A stretch of 64,000 nucleotides of DNA from Minisyncoccota bacterium (GCA_028694995.1 JAQVJU010000001.1:15314-79313), one strand, 5' to 3'. Shown: positions 49,231 to 59,210, numbered from the stretch's first letter. Notes: generated by a model not told the origin, from the sequence alone. Made by a program: numbers and translations.

Positions 49231-51693
49231 TTACAATAAAGTAATACTGGCAATTTTATCTCCTGATTCTAGTTTCATAATCCTGACCCCTTGGGTAGAA
49301 CGTCCTAAAACAGGAATACTTTGAAGCGGAGCTTTAATCACCTGGCCTTTTTGTGAAACAGCCACTAAAAATTCTTCATCTAAAGCCAAACGAGACTTTA
49401 CTAAATTACCTGTTTTAGCTGTAATTTTGATGGTTTTAATTCCCCGACCGCCTCTTTTTTGTTTTCGATATTCTCCTAAATTAGTTTTTTTACCAAAACC
49501 ATTCTCACTAATAACAATGATCTGTTGTTTATTTTTTTGTTCTTTTAATTCAATAGGAATTAAACTCACCACCTTATCATCTAAGGAAATTTTCATACCA
49601 ATAACTCCACTGGCTGAACGTTTCATTGCTCTGGCTTCTTTTTCAGAAAATCTAATAGATTGTCCTTTTTGAGAAGTTAAAATTATTTCTCCGCCCTTAG
49701 AAATTAAAGCCGCGCCAATAAGCTTATCATCTTTTGCTAATTTTAAGGCAATAATCCCACTACGGCGAATATTCTGATATTCTTTTAATAAGCTTTTTTT
49801 TATCATTCCTTTCTCAGTAGCCATAAATAAATAATATGAGCTTTGACTTTTCATATCTGCTGGACAATTAAATAAGACAACCACCTGTTCTTGAGGACCT
49901 AGGCTAATATAATTTTGGATTGTTTTTCCCCTAGAAGTACGCGAGGCTTCAGCTATTTCTATAGCGCGCAAAGAGAATAATCTGCCCTGGTCAGTAAAAA
50001 ACAAGATTTGGTCTCTGGTATTACAAGACACTAAATGAGTGATAATATCTTCTTCATTTTTAGCTTCATAACCAATCACTCCTTTCCCACCTCTTTTTTG
50101 GCCTTTAAAAGAAGAAGGACTAATTCTTTTGATATAGCCGTTTTTAGAAAAAGAAATCAATGTTTCCTGAGAAGGAATTAATTCTTCATCTGCTATTGCT
50201 TCTGGCAGATGGGCTTGTATTTGAGTGCGTCTTTCGTCTCCGAATTTTTCCTTTAGTTCTTGCACTTCTTTTTTAATAATTTCTACTATTTTTTTTGGTT
50301 CCTTGAGAATAAGTAAATATTCTTTTATTAACTTATTTTTCTCAGCTAATTCTTCTTCAATTTTATTTCTTTCTAATTTTGCCAGACTTTGTAATTTCAT
50401 TTCTAAGATAGCTTCAGCCTGTAATTCGCTAAAATGATACTTGGCCATTAATTTCTTCTGAGCTTCTTCTTTATTCTCTGAAGATTTGATTAATTTTATT
50501 ATTTCATCAATATGACTTAAAGCTTTTGCCAAACCTTCTAAAATATGAGCTCTTTCTTTAGCTTTTTTTAAGAGATATTCAACTCGTCGACGGATAATGA
50601 TTTTACGATGATTAATGTATTCTTCCAAAATATCCTTAATTGAAAGAACTTGAGGTTGCAAACCGTTCTCTGTCAAAGCCAACATATTAAAATGGAAGTT
50701 TTTTTCCAAAGCAGTAAATTTGAATAATTGATGAAGAATGCTCTTAGGAATAGCATTGCTTTTTAATTCAATAACAATTCTTAATCCATCTTTATCTGAT
50801 TCATCTCTTAAGTCTTTTATGCCTTCTATTCTTTTTTCTTCTACCAAATTAGCTATCTGAGCAATTAATTCAGCTTTATTCACTAAGTAAGGAATTTCAT
50901 TAATAATAATTTTTCTTTCTTTTTCTTCTATTATCTCTGCTTTTGCCCGACAGACAATTGTGCCCTTGCCATTAGCATAAGCTTCTAAGATATTTTGTTT
51001 GCCAAAAATAATGCCACCAGTAGGAAAATCTGGTCCTTGAATAAATTGCATTAAATCTCCTACTGAAGCATTAGGTTTATCTAATAAATAAATAATGGCC
51101 TCAGTTATTTCTCTTAAATTATGAGGGGGGATATTTGTTGCCATGCCCACAGCAATGCCCATAACCCCGTTTAAAATCAATTGAGGTATTTTAGCAGGTA
51201 AATAATTAGGCTCTTGTCTCGTGCCATCATAATTAGGAGAAAAATCAACTGTTTCTTTATCTAAATCTTCTAAGATTTCTTCAGCTAATGGAGTTAATTT
51301 TGCTTCTGTGTAACGCATTGCTGCTGGCGGATCCCCATCAACAGAACCAAAATTCCCCTGACCCTTGATTAAAGGATAGCGTAAAGAAAAATCTTGAGCC
51401 ATTCTTACTAGGGCATCATAAACCGCAACATCACCATGGGGATGATATTTTCCTAAAACTTCTCCAACCACTGAAGCGGATTTTCTTGATTTTGCTCCTG
51501 AAGTCAAACCAATTTCTTTCATGGCAAAAAGAATTCTTCTCTGAACAGGTTTTAAACCATCTCTGGCATCAGGTAAGGCGCGAGAAATAATAATTGACAT
51601 CGCATAATCCAAATATGAATCTTTTAATTCTTCTCCAATATCTCTCATTTCAATTGTCTCTTGTTTTTTCTCTTTTTTTTCTTTTTTTGACAT
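49231..51693 (-). CDS. gyrA: DNA gyrase subunit A
   Basis: '[16 protein letters not shown]', 'YHPHGD', 'AAMRYTE', GyrA-box 'QKRGGKG'. Confidence 0.97.
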   Translation of the reverse strand: MSKKEKKEKKQETIEMRDIGEELKDSYLDYAMSIIISRALPDARDGLKPVQRRILFAMKEIGLTSGAKSRKSASVVGEVLGKYHPHGDVAVYDALVRMAQDFSLRYPLIKGQGNFGSVDGDPPAAMRYTEAKLTPLAEEILEDLDKETVDFSPNYDGTRQEPNYLPAKIPQLILNGVMGIAVGMATNIPPHNLREITEAIIYLLDKPNASVGDLMQFIQGPDFPTGGIIFGKQNILEAYANGKGTIVCRAKAEIIEEKERKIIINEIPYLVNKAELIAQIANLVEEKRIEGIKDLRDESDKDGLRIVIELKSNAIPKSILHQLFKFTALEKNFHFNMLALTENGLQPQVLSIKDILEEYINHRKIIIRRRVEYLLKKAKERAHILEGLAKALSHIDEIIKLIKSSENKEEAQKKLMAKYHFSELQAEAILEMKLQSLAKLERNKIEEELAEKNKLIKEYLLILKEPKKIVEIIKKEVQELKEKFGDERRTQIQAHLPEAIADEELIPSQETLISFSKNGYIKRISPSSFKGQKRGGKGVIGYEAKNEEDIITHLVSCNTRDQILFFTDQGRLFSLRAIEIAEASRTSRGKTIQNYISLGPQEQVVVLFNCPADMKSQSSYYLFMATEKGMIKKSLLKEYQNIRRSGIIALKLAKDDKLIGAALISKGGEIILTSQKGQSIRFSEKEARAMKRSASGVIGMKISLDDKVVSLIPIELKEQKNKQQIIVISENGFGKKTNLGEYRKQKRGGRGIKTIKITAKTGNLVKSRLALDEEFLVAVSQKGQVIKAPLQSIPVLGRSTQGVRIMKLESGDKIASITLL

Positions 51694-51702
51694 AGATTAA
51701 TT

Positions 51703-52341
51703 TTATTGCTTATTCAAAACAATTAACTTAGTTTCTTCTGGTAAGGTGTTTTTCCTAATAATCAATTTATCAACTGTTTCTGGTTTTTTACCTATTGCTT
51801 TTACAAATTTATCAAGAGGGTCAAGCTTAATTTTTAATTGAGGCAAGGCATAATGCATTGGAATAATTATCTTTGGTTCAATTTGATTGATAAAAGAAAT
51901 TGCTTCTTCATAGTTAATAGTATAATTTCCTCCAACAGGCACTAAAAGAATATCAGCCTCTCCAACCTTTTCTAAAGATTCTTCTCTTAATTGTGGTTCT
52001 CCTAAATCTCCTAAATGACAGATGGTAATCTCTTCTGATTTTATTAAAAAGATAGTATTTTCACCTCTGCTTTGCCCTCTTTTTTTATCATGAAAACTTT
52101 GTAATCCATCTATAAAAATACCTCCCATTTCCAATTCTCCTGGCCCTTCTAAAACAAAAGGCTCACCCATAATAACGCTTTTGTTATTATGGTCTTCATG
52201 TTGATGAGTAATCAAAAGAATATCTGCTTTAAAACGAGAAGGTTTTAAACCTGTTGCTTTTTCTGAATAAGGGTCAATCGCTATAATTTTCCCTTTAGTT
52301 TCTAAACGAAAAAAAGAATGTCCAAACCACTGAATAATCAT
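51703..52341 (-). CDS. MBL-fold metallo-hydrolase
   Basis: 'WFGHS', 'IDPY', 'THQHEDH', 'HLGDL', 'IPMHY'. Confidence 0.9.
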   Translation of the reverse strand: MIIQWFGHSFFRLETKGKIIAIDPYSEKATGLKPSRFKADILLITHQHEDHNNKSVIMGEPFVLEGPGELEMGGIFIDGLQSFHDKKRGQSRGENTIFLIKSEEITICHLGDLGEPQLREESLEKVGEADILLVPVGGNYTINYEEAISFINQIEPKIIIPMHYALPQLKIKLDPLDKFVKAIGKKPETVDKLIIRKNTLPEETKLIVLNKQ

Positions 52342-52374
52342 ATATCTTATATTATCATTTTAAAATTATTATTT

Positions 52375-53163
52375 CTAATAAACTGATTTATTAAACACTC
52401 GTGTACTTAAGAAAGTAATCACAATATTAAACCCTAAAAGAATAAAAATACTCAAAGGCAAAGAATGTGAAGTAATTAATAATATTTCTTCCTTAGGCAA
52501 AGAATCAGCAAGAATCACCCAACGTAAAGCATCAATGCCATAATTTAAGGGATTATAAAAAGCTATTCTGGCCATCCATTCTGGCGCATTGCTCAAAGGG
52601 AAAAAAGCTCCAGAAAGAAAAGCCATTGGGGCAAAAATAAGCTGGGAGATAATGGAAAAATTCTCTATTTTCTTAAGACGAGAAACTAAAAAAATCCCTA
52701 AAGACGCCATGCCATAACTAATAAGAAAGATAACTAACATTGCTTTAATAAAAAGAAATTTACTAAAATCAAGGCCTAAATAGGGAATAATCAATAAAAT
52801 CAAAGCCCCTTGAATCAAAGCAGTTGTTGTTGCGCCTAAGATTTTTCCTAAGATAATAGTTGAGCGACTGATTGGCGATACTAAAATTTCTTTTAAAAAT
52901 CCAAATTCTCTATCCCAAACTATGGAGATTGTTGAAGAAACAGCCATAATACTAATACTTAAACCTAAGATACCAGGAAAAAAGAATTGAACAAAATCAT
53001 AATTTAAAGTGGAAACTGGAAACATGGTTTTTAATCCAGTGCCAAAAAAAATCAAGATAATTATTGGTAAAAATATGGAAGTAAAAAATTTAACCGCATT
53101 GCGTAAATAAATAAGAACCTCCCGATACCAGATTATATAAAGTGTTTTTAATTGTTTACCCAT
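52375..53163 (-). CDS. ABC-2 type exporter permease
   Basis: 'DREFGFLKEILVSP', 'FLSGAFFP', 'NPLNYGIDALR'. Confidence 0.9.
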   Translation of the reverse strand: MGKQLKTLYIIWYREVLIYLRNAVKFFTSIFLPIIILIFFGTGLKTMFPVSTLNYDFVQFFFPGILGLSISIMAVSSTISIVWDREFGFLKEILVSPISRSTIILGKILGATTTALIQGALILLIIPYLGLDFSKFLFIKAMLVIFLISYGMASLGIFLVSRLKKIENFSIISQLIFAPMAFLSGAFFPLSNAPEWMARIAFYNPLNYGIDALRWVILADSLPKEEILLITSHSLPLSIFILLGFNIVITFLSTRVFNKSVY

Positions 53164-54202
53164 TGTTTTTAAAAAATGAAAACAGAGAACAAAGAGTGAA
53201 AGGCTCTGACTCTTCTTCTATTTCTTTATTATCTCTGATTTTTCTACCAGTAATTTCCAAAAAAACATCTTCTAGAGTCGGCCTTCTTAATTCCATGGAA
53301 ATAATACGTGGACTAATTGCCTTTACTAAAACAGGCAGAAACTTATCACCATTTTCTACTTTAACCCTTAACTCTTTGCCAATCCATTTAATTGAATGAT
53401 TGGGAAACTTTGTTTGAATTTCTTTTTCTGCAATCTGATTATTCTCTGTTCTTAAGAAAATAATATCTTCTCCGATGGTTTTTTTTAAATTTTCTGGTGT
53501 GTCGAAAGCAACAATATCTCCCTGATCCAAAATAGCTATTCGGTCACAATTTTCAGCTTCGCTTAAATACTGAGTCGTTAAGAAAATGGTAATATTTTTC
53601 TTTTTTCTTAGGTTAAAAATGTAATCCCAAATTTTTCTTCTTGTCTGAGGATCTAAACCAATAGTTGGTTCATCTAGAAACAAAATCTGCGGCCAATGAA
53701 TTAAAGCCCTTACAAGCTCTAATCTTCTTTTCATACCACCAGAAAATGTTTCTACTCTAGCTTTCCTTCTATCCCAAAGCTCACAAAGTTTTAAAAGCTC
53801 TCTTCTGCGTTCAAGATATTCTTTCCTAGTTATGCCATAAAGCATTGCGTGAAGATACAAATTCTCTTCAGCTGTTAAATGATTATCTAAAATGGTTTCT
53901 TGGAAAACCAAACCAATAGAATTCCTAACTGCATTTGACTGATGAGTAATATGATAACCATTAACATAAGCCACGCCTGAACTTGGCTGTGAAAGAGTAC
54001 AAAGAATATTAATCGCTGTTGTTTTTCCAGCGCCATTAGGGCCTAAAAGACCAAAAACTTCCCCTTTTTTAACTGTAAAAGACACTCCATTAAGAGCCTT
54101 GATATGTTTGTATCTTTTTTTTAGGTTTTCTACCTGAATAACTTCTGAAATATTGTTTTGATTGTTTTCAATCTGCTCTTCTTTAGCCTTTAAGCTACTC
54201 AT
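53156..54202 (-). CDS. ABC exporter ATP-binding protein (DrrA-like)
   Basis: 'GPNGAGKTT', 'FSGGMKRRLE', 'LFLDEPT', 'PTLEDVFL..TG'. Confidence 0.93.
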   Translation of the reverse strand: MSSLKAKEEQIENNQNNISEVIQVENLKKRYKHIKALNGVSFTVKKGEVFGLLGPNGAGKTTAINILCTLSQPSSGVAYVNGYHITHQSNAVRNSIGLVFQETILDNHLTAEENLYLHAMLYGITRKEYLERRRELLKLCELWDRRKARVETFSGGMKRRLELVRALIHWPQILFLDEPTIGLDPQTRRKIWDYIFNLRKKKNITIFLTTQYLSEAENCDRIAILDQGDIVAFDTPENLKKTIGEDIIFLRTENNQIAEKEIQTKFPNHSIKWIGKELRVKVENGDKFLPVLVKAISPRIISMELRRPTLEDVFLEITGRKIRDNKEIEEESEPFTLCSLFSFFKNNG

Positions 54203-54217
54203 ATAAAATCACTTTGT

Positions 54218-55228
54218 TTATTTTTTAATTAATCCCATTTTTTCTTTAACTTCCTGGATTGTCTGTTTTGCTATTTGAGAAGCGTATTTTCTGCCTTGTT
54301 CTAAAATTCTATTAACTAATGCTGGTCTTTTTTCATAAAATTTCCTTCTTTCTTGAATTGGTTTTAATTCTTCATATATTGCCTTAGCTAACTCTTCTTT
54401 TAATAACTTATACTGAATTCCTTGATTGCTAAGATAAAGTTTTTCATATTCTAATCTTTTTTTCTTTCCTTCAAATAATTCCACAAAAGTTAATAAAGCA
54501 AAAACCCCTCCTTTGTCAGGTATTTTTTTACCTTTGCCAATATCAGTTGGCACTTTAGTTAATTTATCTTTAATAACTTTTAAACTATCTACTAGGTTAA
54601 TATAGCTACCTTCTTTTGATTTTGACATCTTGCCTTGTCCAGTTAAAGAAGGGATATTGGCCAAAGGCATAAAATATGCCTTTGGTTCAGGAAAAGTCTG
54701 TCCAAAATGACGATTAAATGTTCTGGCTATTTCTCTAGTAACTTCTAGATGTGGTGACTGATCTTTACCCACAGGCACAAACTGAGTTTTGTAAAGTAAA
54801 ATATCAGCAGCCATTAAAACAGGATAATAAAAAAGCCCCATATTAATGTATTTTGGCTGTTCTTGTTTTTTTTCTTTATAGGTTGGCAATTGCTCCAAAC
54901 GAGAAACTGGATAAATAGTACTTAAGAGATAAGCTAATTCAGTATGCTCTGGCACTTGTGATTGAATCAAGAAATGGCATTTTTTAGGATCTAGGCCACA
55001 AGCTAAATAATCCAGAACTACTTTATCTATCTGTTCTTGAAATTTTTTGGGATTATAAGGAGAAGTAATCCCATGAAGGTCAACTATAGAATAAATACAA
55101 TCATAATCTTTTTTATTTTGCAGTTCCAAATATCCTTTTACTCCACCTAAATAATTACCCAAATGAAGAAATCCAGTTGGCCGAGTACCAGAGAAAACCC
55201 TAACTTTTGTTTTATTTTTTAAACTCAT
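54218..55228 (-). CDS. trpS: Tryptophan--tRNA ligase (start corrected)
   Basis: 'RPTG.LHLGNY', 'YPVLMAADILLY', 'VPVGKDQ', 'KMSKS'. Confidence 0.96.
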   Translation of the reverse strand: MSLKNKTKVRVFSGTRPTGFLHLGNYLGGVKGYLELQNKKDYDCIYSIVDLHGITSPYNPKKFQEQIDKVVLDYLACGLDPKKCHFLIQSQVPEHTELAYLLSTIYPVSRLEQLPTYKEKKQEQPKYINMGLFYYPVLMAADILLYKTQFVPVGKDQSPHLEVTREIARTFNRHFGQTFPEPKAYFMPLANIPSLTGQGKMSKSKEGSYINLVDSLKVIKDKLTKVPTDIGKGKKIPDKGGVFALLTFVELFEGKKKRLEYEKLYLSNQGIQYKLLKEELAKAIYEELKPIQERRKFYEKRPALVNRILEQGRKYASQIAKQTIQEVKEKMGLIKK

Positions 55229-55251
55229 TCTTTTGAAAATTAAGATAGTTG

Positions 55252-55325
55252 TGGAGCGGGTAACGGGATTCGAACCCGTGCCTGAACCTTGGAAGGGTTC
55301 CATACTACCACTATACTATACCCGC
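55252..55325 (-). tRNA. tRNA-Gly(TCC), CCA encoded
   Basis: Reverse complement anticodon arm GAACC-CTTCCAA-GGTTC; U73. Confidence 0.94.
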
Positions 55326-55594
55326 AAAAAAGAAGATCTTAAACAGATCTCTTTTTATATTTTAACTCTTTTTTATCTAAAAATCAATTTGATTATGCAA
55401 TCTCTCTTGGTCTTAATGAGTGAAAACAAGAAAGTCTTTATCTGTTTAATATTCATTGACATACATTAAAGTTTGTGATAACTTTTATTTGCTTTAATAT
55501 ATTAATCATTAAAACTTCTTGACATTTCTTTTGTTTTGTGATAATATTAGATTATAATATTTTTAACTTTAATACAATTTAATTTTAAAATAAA

Positions 55595-57526
55595 TTGAAT
55601 AAAAACATGACAATAATTAATTCACAAAAAATGAAAAAAACTTTAATCTTTTCCCTTTTATTAAGCGGAATTTTATTATTTAATATAATGCCTTTTTTTG
55701 CTGAGGCAGCTATTTTAGTTACTGGCACTAGAGAAAGCCATGATGCTAGTTATGTCTCAGTAGCCGTAGTTGATAGACCTCCTCATTGCGCTGATTGCAC
55801 CACAACTACTACTCGACCGCCTCACTGCACCACTACTACCACTACTAGACCTCCGCATTGCACCACTACTACCACTACTAGTACTACCAGGCCTCCTTAT
55901 TGCCAAACTTATAACTGTAATATTAATACTTGGCAATGCGTTGAAGCTCCATGTGGCACAGGACAATATTCTTCATTAACTAGTTGCCAAGCTAATTGCA
56001 AAGCTCCAATCACTCGTTACTCTTGCAATACAAACACTTGGCAATGTGTTGTTAATCCTTATGGACCATATACTTCTTTAAGTTCTTGCCAAACTAATTG
56101 TATATCTCCAATCACTCGTTATTCTTGTAATACTAATACTTGGCAATGTGTTATTGATTCTGTTGGACCATACACTTCTTTATCTACATGTCAGGCTAAC
56201 TGTAAAGCCCCAATAACTCGTTATTCTTGTAATACAAATACTTGGCAATGCTATCAAGATACTTATGGGCCATATACTTCTTTAAATTCTTGTCAAAATG
56301 ATTGTAAAGCTCCAGTAACCCGATATTCTTGTAATACAAATACTTGGCAATGCTATCAAGATACTTATGGGCCATATACTTCTTTAAATTCTTGTCAAAA
56401 TGATTGCCAATCTTCTGTTATTTCTCTTAATGTTTCTTGTTATGCCTCACCTAGCTCAGCACAAACTTATCAAACTATCACTTTTTACAGTAATGTTTCT
56501 GGAGGAACAGGAAATTATTCCTATTCTTGGTCTGGTTCAGCTTCTGGCAATCAATCTTATTCTCAAAGAAGCTTTAGCAACCCAGGCTCTTATACAGCCT
56601 TTTTAACTGTTTATGATTCACAAGGCAGAAGCGCCAATACTTCTTGTAGCACCTATGTTAGCAGTGGCAGTAATCAATGCCCTAATCCTCCAACCATAAA
56701 TCTTTGGGCTGACAAATACAGTGTTCAACAAGGGGAAACAACTTATCTTCGCTGGACTTCTAGTAATGCCAATTATTGTGTTGCCTCAAATGGCTGGAGC
56801 AATAACAAATCAACAAGCGGCATTGAAACAATCAGTCCAATTAGCAATACAACATATACCTTAACTTGTTATGGATATGGTAATTGTGGTTCTATATCTC
56901 AATCAGTTACTATTTACACTGCAACAACTCAAACTGGTTTAAATCTTACAAAATTAGGACGCAATCTCTCTGGTGGCAGTAGAGTTTATTCAAAGGTCAT
57001 TCAAGTATTAGAAAATGACATTATTGAATTCCATCTTACAGTGAGTGCCGGCAATAATGTTGATTTATATAATGTGATTGTTAAAGATCCATTACCTTCA
57101 GTTCTTACTTATATGCCTGGGACTACAAAAATAGGAGGGGTTACTCAACCCGATACTATTACTACAACTGGTTTATCTCTTGGTACTATTTATCAAAACA
57201 CTAGCAAGGTCATTACTTTTCAAGCTAGAAGTGGTCCTTCTTCTGTGTATTTAAGTCATACTAATACTGCTGAAGCAACAGCTAATAATCAAAACAAAGT
57301 AACAGATAGCGCAACTGTCACCTATGGATTAGTTGCTGGAGCCGCTACAGTAAAAACAGGTGTTAATAATTCATTGTTAATATCTTTTACTCTGAGCTTA
57401 ATGATTGCTTTTGCCATCTGGTGTTATCTTCGATTTAATCCTAGTGGGCAATTAGCTTTAGCAACTATAGAAAGAAAAACCCGTGATTCTTATCTTGCCC
57501 TTGCTCGTTATCGTAATCGTAAATAA
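55595..57526 (+). CDS. Cys-rich repeat surface protein with PKD-like and DUF11-like domains and a C-terminal sorting-signal-like tail (start may be 55607 or 55631)
   Basis: Signal peptide; RPPHC-Thr repeats; five 34-aa four-Cys repeats; 'VSGGTGNYSYSW'; 'VKDPLP..LTYMPGT'; 'VKTG' followed by TM and a basic tail. Confidence 0.85.
   Translation: MNKNMTIINSQKMKKTLIFSLLLSGILLFNIMPFFAEAAILVTGTRESHDASYVSVAVVDRPPHCADCTTTTTRPPHCTTTTTTRPPHCTTTTTTSTTRPPYCQTYNCNINTWQCVEAPCGTGQYSSLTSCQANCKAPITRYSCNTNTWQCVVNPYGPYTSLSSCQTNCISPITRYSCNTNTWQCVIDSVGPYTSLSTCQANCKAPITRYSCNTNTWQCYQDTYGPYTSLNSCQNDCKAPVTRYSCNTNTWQCYQDTYGPYTSLNSCQNDCQSSVISLNVSCYASPSSAQTYQTITFYSNVSGGTGNYSYSWSGSASGNQSYSQRSFSNPGSYTAFLTVYDSQGRSANTSCSTYVSSGSNQCPNPPTINLWADKYSVQQGETTYLRWTSSNANYCVASNGWSNNKSTSGIETISPISNTTYTLTCYGYGNCGSISQSVTIYTATTQTGLNLTKLGRNLSGGSRVYSKVIQVLENDIIEFHLTVSAGNNVDLYNVIVKDPLPSVLTYMPGTTKIGGVTQPDTITTTGLSLGTIYQNTSKVITFQARSGPSSVYLSHTNTAEATANNQNKVTDSATVTYGLVAGAATVKTGVNNSLLISFTLSLMIAFAIWCYLRFNPSGQLALATIERKTRDSYLALARYRNRK
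55774..55903 (+). repeat. Coding repeats RPP(H/Y)C-(T)n, four copies
   Basis: ACT/ACC triplet runs separated by CCTCA(T/C)TGC-like units. Confidence 0.8.
55904..56410 (+). repeat. Five ~102-bp coding tandem repeats (YxCNxNTWQC...GxYxSLxxCQxxC)
   Basis: The last two copies are nearly identical in DNA. Confidence 0.9.
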
Positions 57527-57543
57527 ACAAGAAAATCAGGAAT

Positions 57544-57579
57544 AATTAAAACCACCCTTAAATGAGGGTGGTTTTAATT
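57544..57579. terminator. Bidirectional intrinsic terminator
   Basis: AATTAAAACCACCCT-TAAATG-AGGGTGGTTTTAATT. Confidence 0.85.
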
Positions 57580-57586
57580 TACAAAG

Positions 57587-57660
57587 GGTGACCAGAGGGA
57601 TTTGAACCCTCGCTGGCAGTTCCACAGACTGCCGTGCTAACCAACTACACCATGGCCACC
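57587..57660 (-). tRNA. tRNA-His(GTG) with encoded G-1, no CCA
   Basis: Reverse complement anticodon arm GCAGT-CTGTGGA-ACTGC; G-1:C73. Confidence 0.93.
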
Positions 57661-57730
57661 ATTATCAGTTTTTAATTATAAGATAAAAAACCTTTTCTTT
57701 CAAGTAAAATTATGATAAACTAGGTAAGTT

Positions 57731-57804
57731 CTCCCTGTAGCTTAACTGGATAAAGCGCCTCCCTTCTAAGGAGGAAAGTGCAGGTTCGAGTCCTGCCAGG
57801 GAGA
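57731..57804 (+). tRNA. tRNA-Arg(TCT), no CCA
   Basis: Anticodon arm CCTCC-CTTCTAA-GGAGG. Confidence 0.93.
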
Positions 57805-57811
57805 CTTAATA

Positions 57812-57885
57812 CGGGGGATAGTGTAATGGCAGCACGAGTCCTTTGGGAGGATTTAGTCCGGGTTCAAGTCCCGGTTCCCCGACCA
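57812..57885 (+). tRNA. tRNA-Pro(TGG), CCA encoded
   Basis: Anticodon arm AGTCC-TTTGGGA-GGATT; C1-G72. Confidence 0.92.
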
Positions 57886-57926
57886 GATTAAATCAAGAAA
57901 GTTTTCTACTTGCTTTGCAAGTATTT

Positions 57927-58112
57927 TTATTTTCCTAATTCCTTTATTGCATTCAGAGGACATATTTTTTTACACTCTCCGCATTTCTTGCATTTTTCTT
58001 GATCAATAAAAGATTTACCATCTTTTTCAATTTTAATTGCATTATAAGGACAAGCTTGAACACAAGCCCCACAACCAACACAAATTGACTTATCTACTTT
58101 AAAGCTTTTCAT
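57927..58112 (-). CDS. 2x[4Fe-4S] ferredoxin
   Basis: Two CxxCxxCxxxCP motifs. Confidence 0.93.
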   Translation of the reverse strand: MKSFKVDKSICVGCGACVQACPYNAIKIEKDGKSFIDQEKCKKCGECKKICPLNAIKELGK

Positions 58113-58160
58113 CTTTTTATTATAATCCTTAATAAATTTATTTACAAAAATTTTTAAATT

Positions 58161-58189
58161 TAAAACTGCGGATTTAGTCCGCAGTTTTA
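58161..58189 (-). terminator. Intrinsic terminator
   Basis: TAAAACTGCGGA-TTTAG-TCCGCAGTTTTA. Confidence 0.8.
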
Positions 58190-58206
58190 TTCTTAGTGTT
58201 TTATAA

Positions 58207-59154
58207 TTAAAAACACATTATCTCAATCATTTCTTTTTCAGGAGATTCTTCATACTCTTCTAATCCAGGAATTGGTTCATAATCTTCTATACCCTTAGCT
58301 GGTTTAGGAATAATATATTGAACTTCTCGGTTTTGAGGGATTTGATCAAAAGGCATTTCTATTACTTCAAGATTTGTTAACCATTCATCAAAACCTGTTC
58401 GCCAAGTAACTTTATTTGAATTTAAAGCTTTCTCATATTCTTGCCACCAGGTTAATCTAGTGCCTCCTAAATAAGAATGGGAAACTAAAATCATGTCAGA
58501 AGGTTTATTGTTAAGACAATAATTTATAACCTCACCAAATTTCTTAGCACCAGCTCCTCTGGCCCATAAACTATAATCACATAAAGAGCCTCTACCCATT
58601 TCTTCAAATGGCACATTAGAAACAGAAACAATTTTTACATTGTATCCTTCTGGTTTATAAACAACTGCTTTTTCTTCTGCTGTGCCTCGAGCCAGAATAT
58701 AGCCTATGCCTAAATCTTCTGCGGCCTTAACTGTATTTTCATCATAGGCAAAGTAACGAGAAGCAAATACTCTCATTGGCTTATTAGTAATACATTCAAC
58801 AGCCTCTTTTGCTTCTTTCATTAAAGCATGTTGTCTATCATATGAAACATCCCAAAAAGGTTCTTCTGCATAAAGACCAGAAATTTCATATCCTTTATCA
58901 GCTAATCTTTTAAAAACATCTGGAAATTCATTTAAGATGTTTTCTTGAGCCTGAATTAAGGCTGTAATGCCTTGTTCATCTAAAGTCTTTTCCCAATGAA
59001 GAATTCCTTCAATTCCTTCAAACTCAATGAGCATAATCAAGCCGTTTATTTTATCAGCTATTTTATCAGCTGGTTGTTGGAAAATATCTGTACCTGCTAA
59101 TATTAAAATTGCTAATAAAATTAAACCAAGAATTAAATATGTATTTTTACTCAT
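58207..59154 (-). CDS. Exported polysaccharide deacetylase-like (NodB fold) protein, divergent
   Basis: Signal anchor; 'LADKGYEI', 'EAVECITNKPMRVF', 'DENTVKAAEDLGIGY', 'ILVSHS'. Confidence 0.6.
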   Translation of the reverse strand: MSKNTYLILGLILLAILILAGTDIFQQPADKIADKINGLIMLIEFEGIEGILHWEKTLDEQGITALIQAQENILNEFPDVFKRLADKGYEISGLYAEEPFWDVSYDRQHALMKEAKEAVECITNKPMRVFASRYFAYDENTVKAAEDLGIGYILARGTAEEKAVVYKPEGYNVKIVSVSNVPFEEMGRGSLCDYSLWARGAGAKKFGEVINYCLNNKPSDMILVSHSYLGGTRLTWWQEYEKALNSNKVTWRTGFDEWLTNLEVIEMPFDQIPQNREVQYIIPKPAKGIEDYEPIPGLEEYEESPEKEMIEIMCF

Positions 59155-59179
59155 ATTGTTAAATAGTTTTAATTTTATC

Positions 59180-59186
59180 CGACCTT
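59180..59186 (-). promoter_or_regulatory. AAGGTCG motif 25 nt upstream of the ATG
   Basis: Recurrent motif at a fixed distance from start codons. Confidence 0.5.
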
Positions 59187-59210
59187 TTATTTAGTTTTTA
59201 TTAAAAAACT

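Noticed and set aside
55904-56410. Regular repeats as a CRISPR array or a DGR template/variable pair
   Set aside because: They are in-frame coding repeats without unique spacers, differences are not adenine-specific, and no cas or reverse transcriptase gene is in the window.
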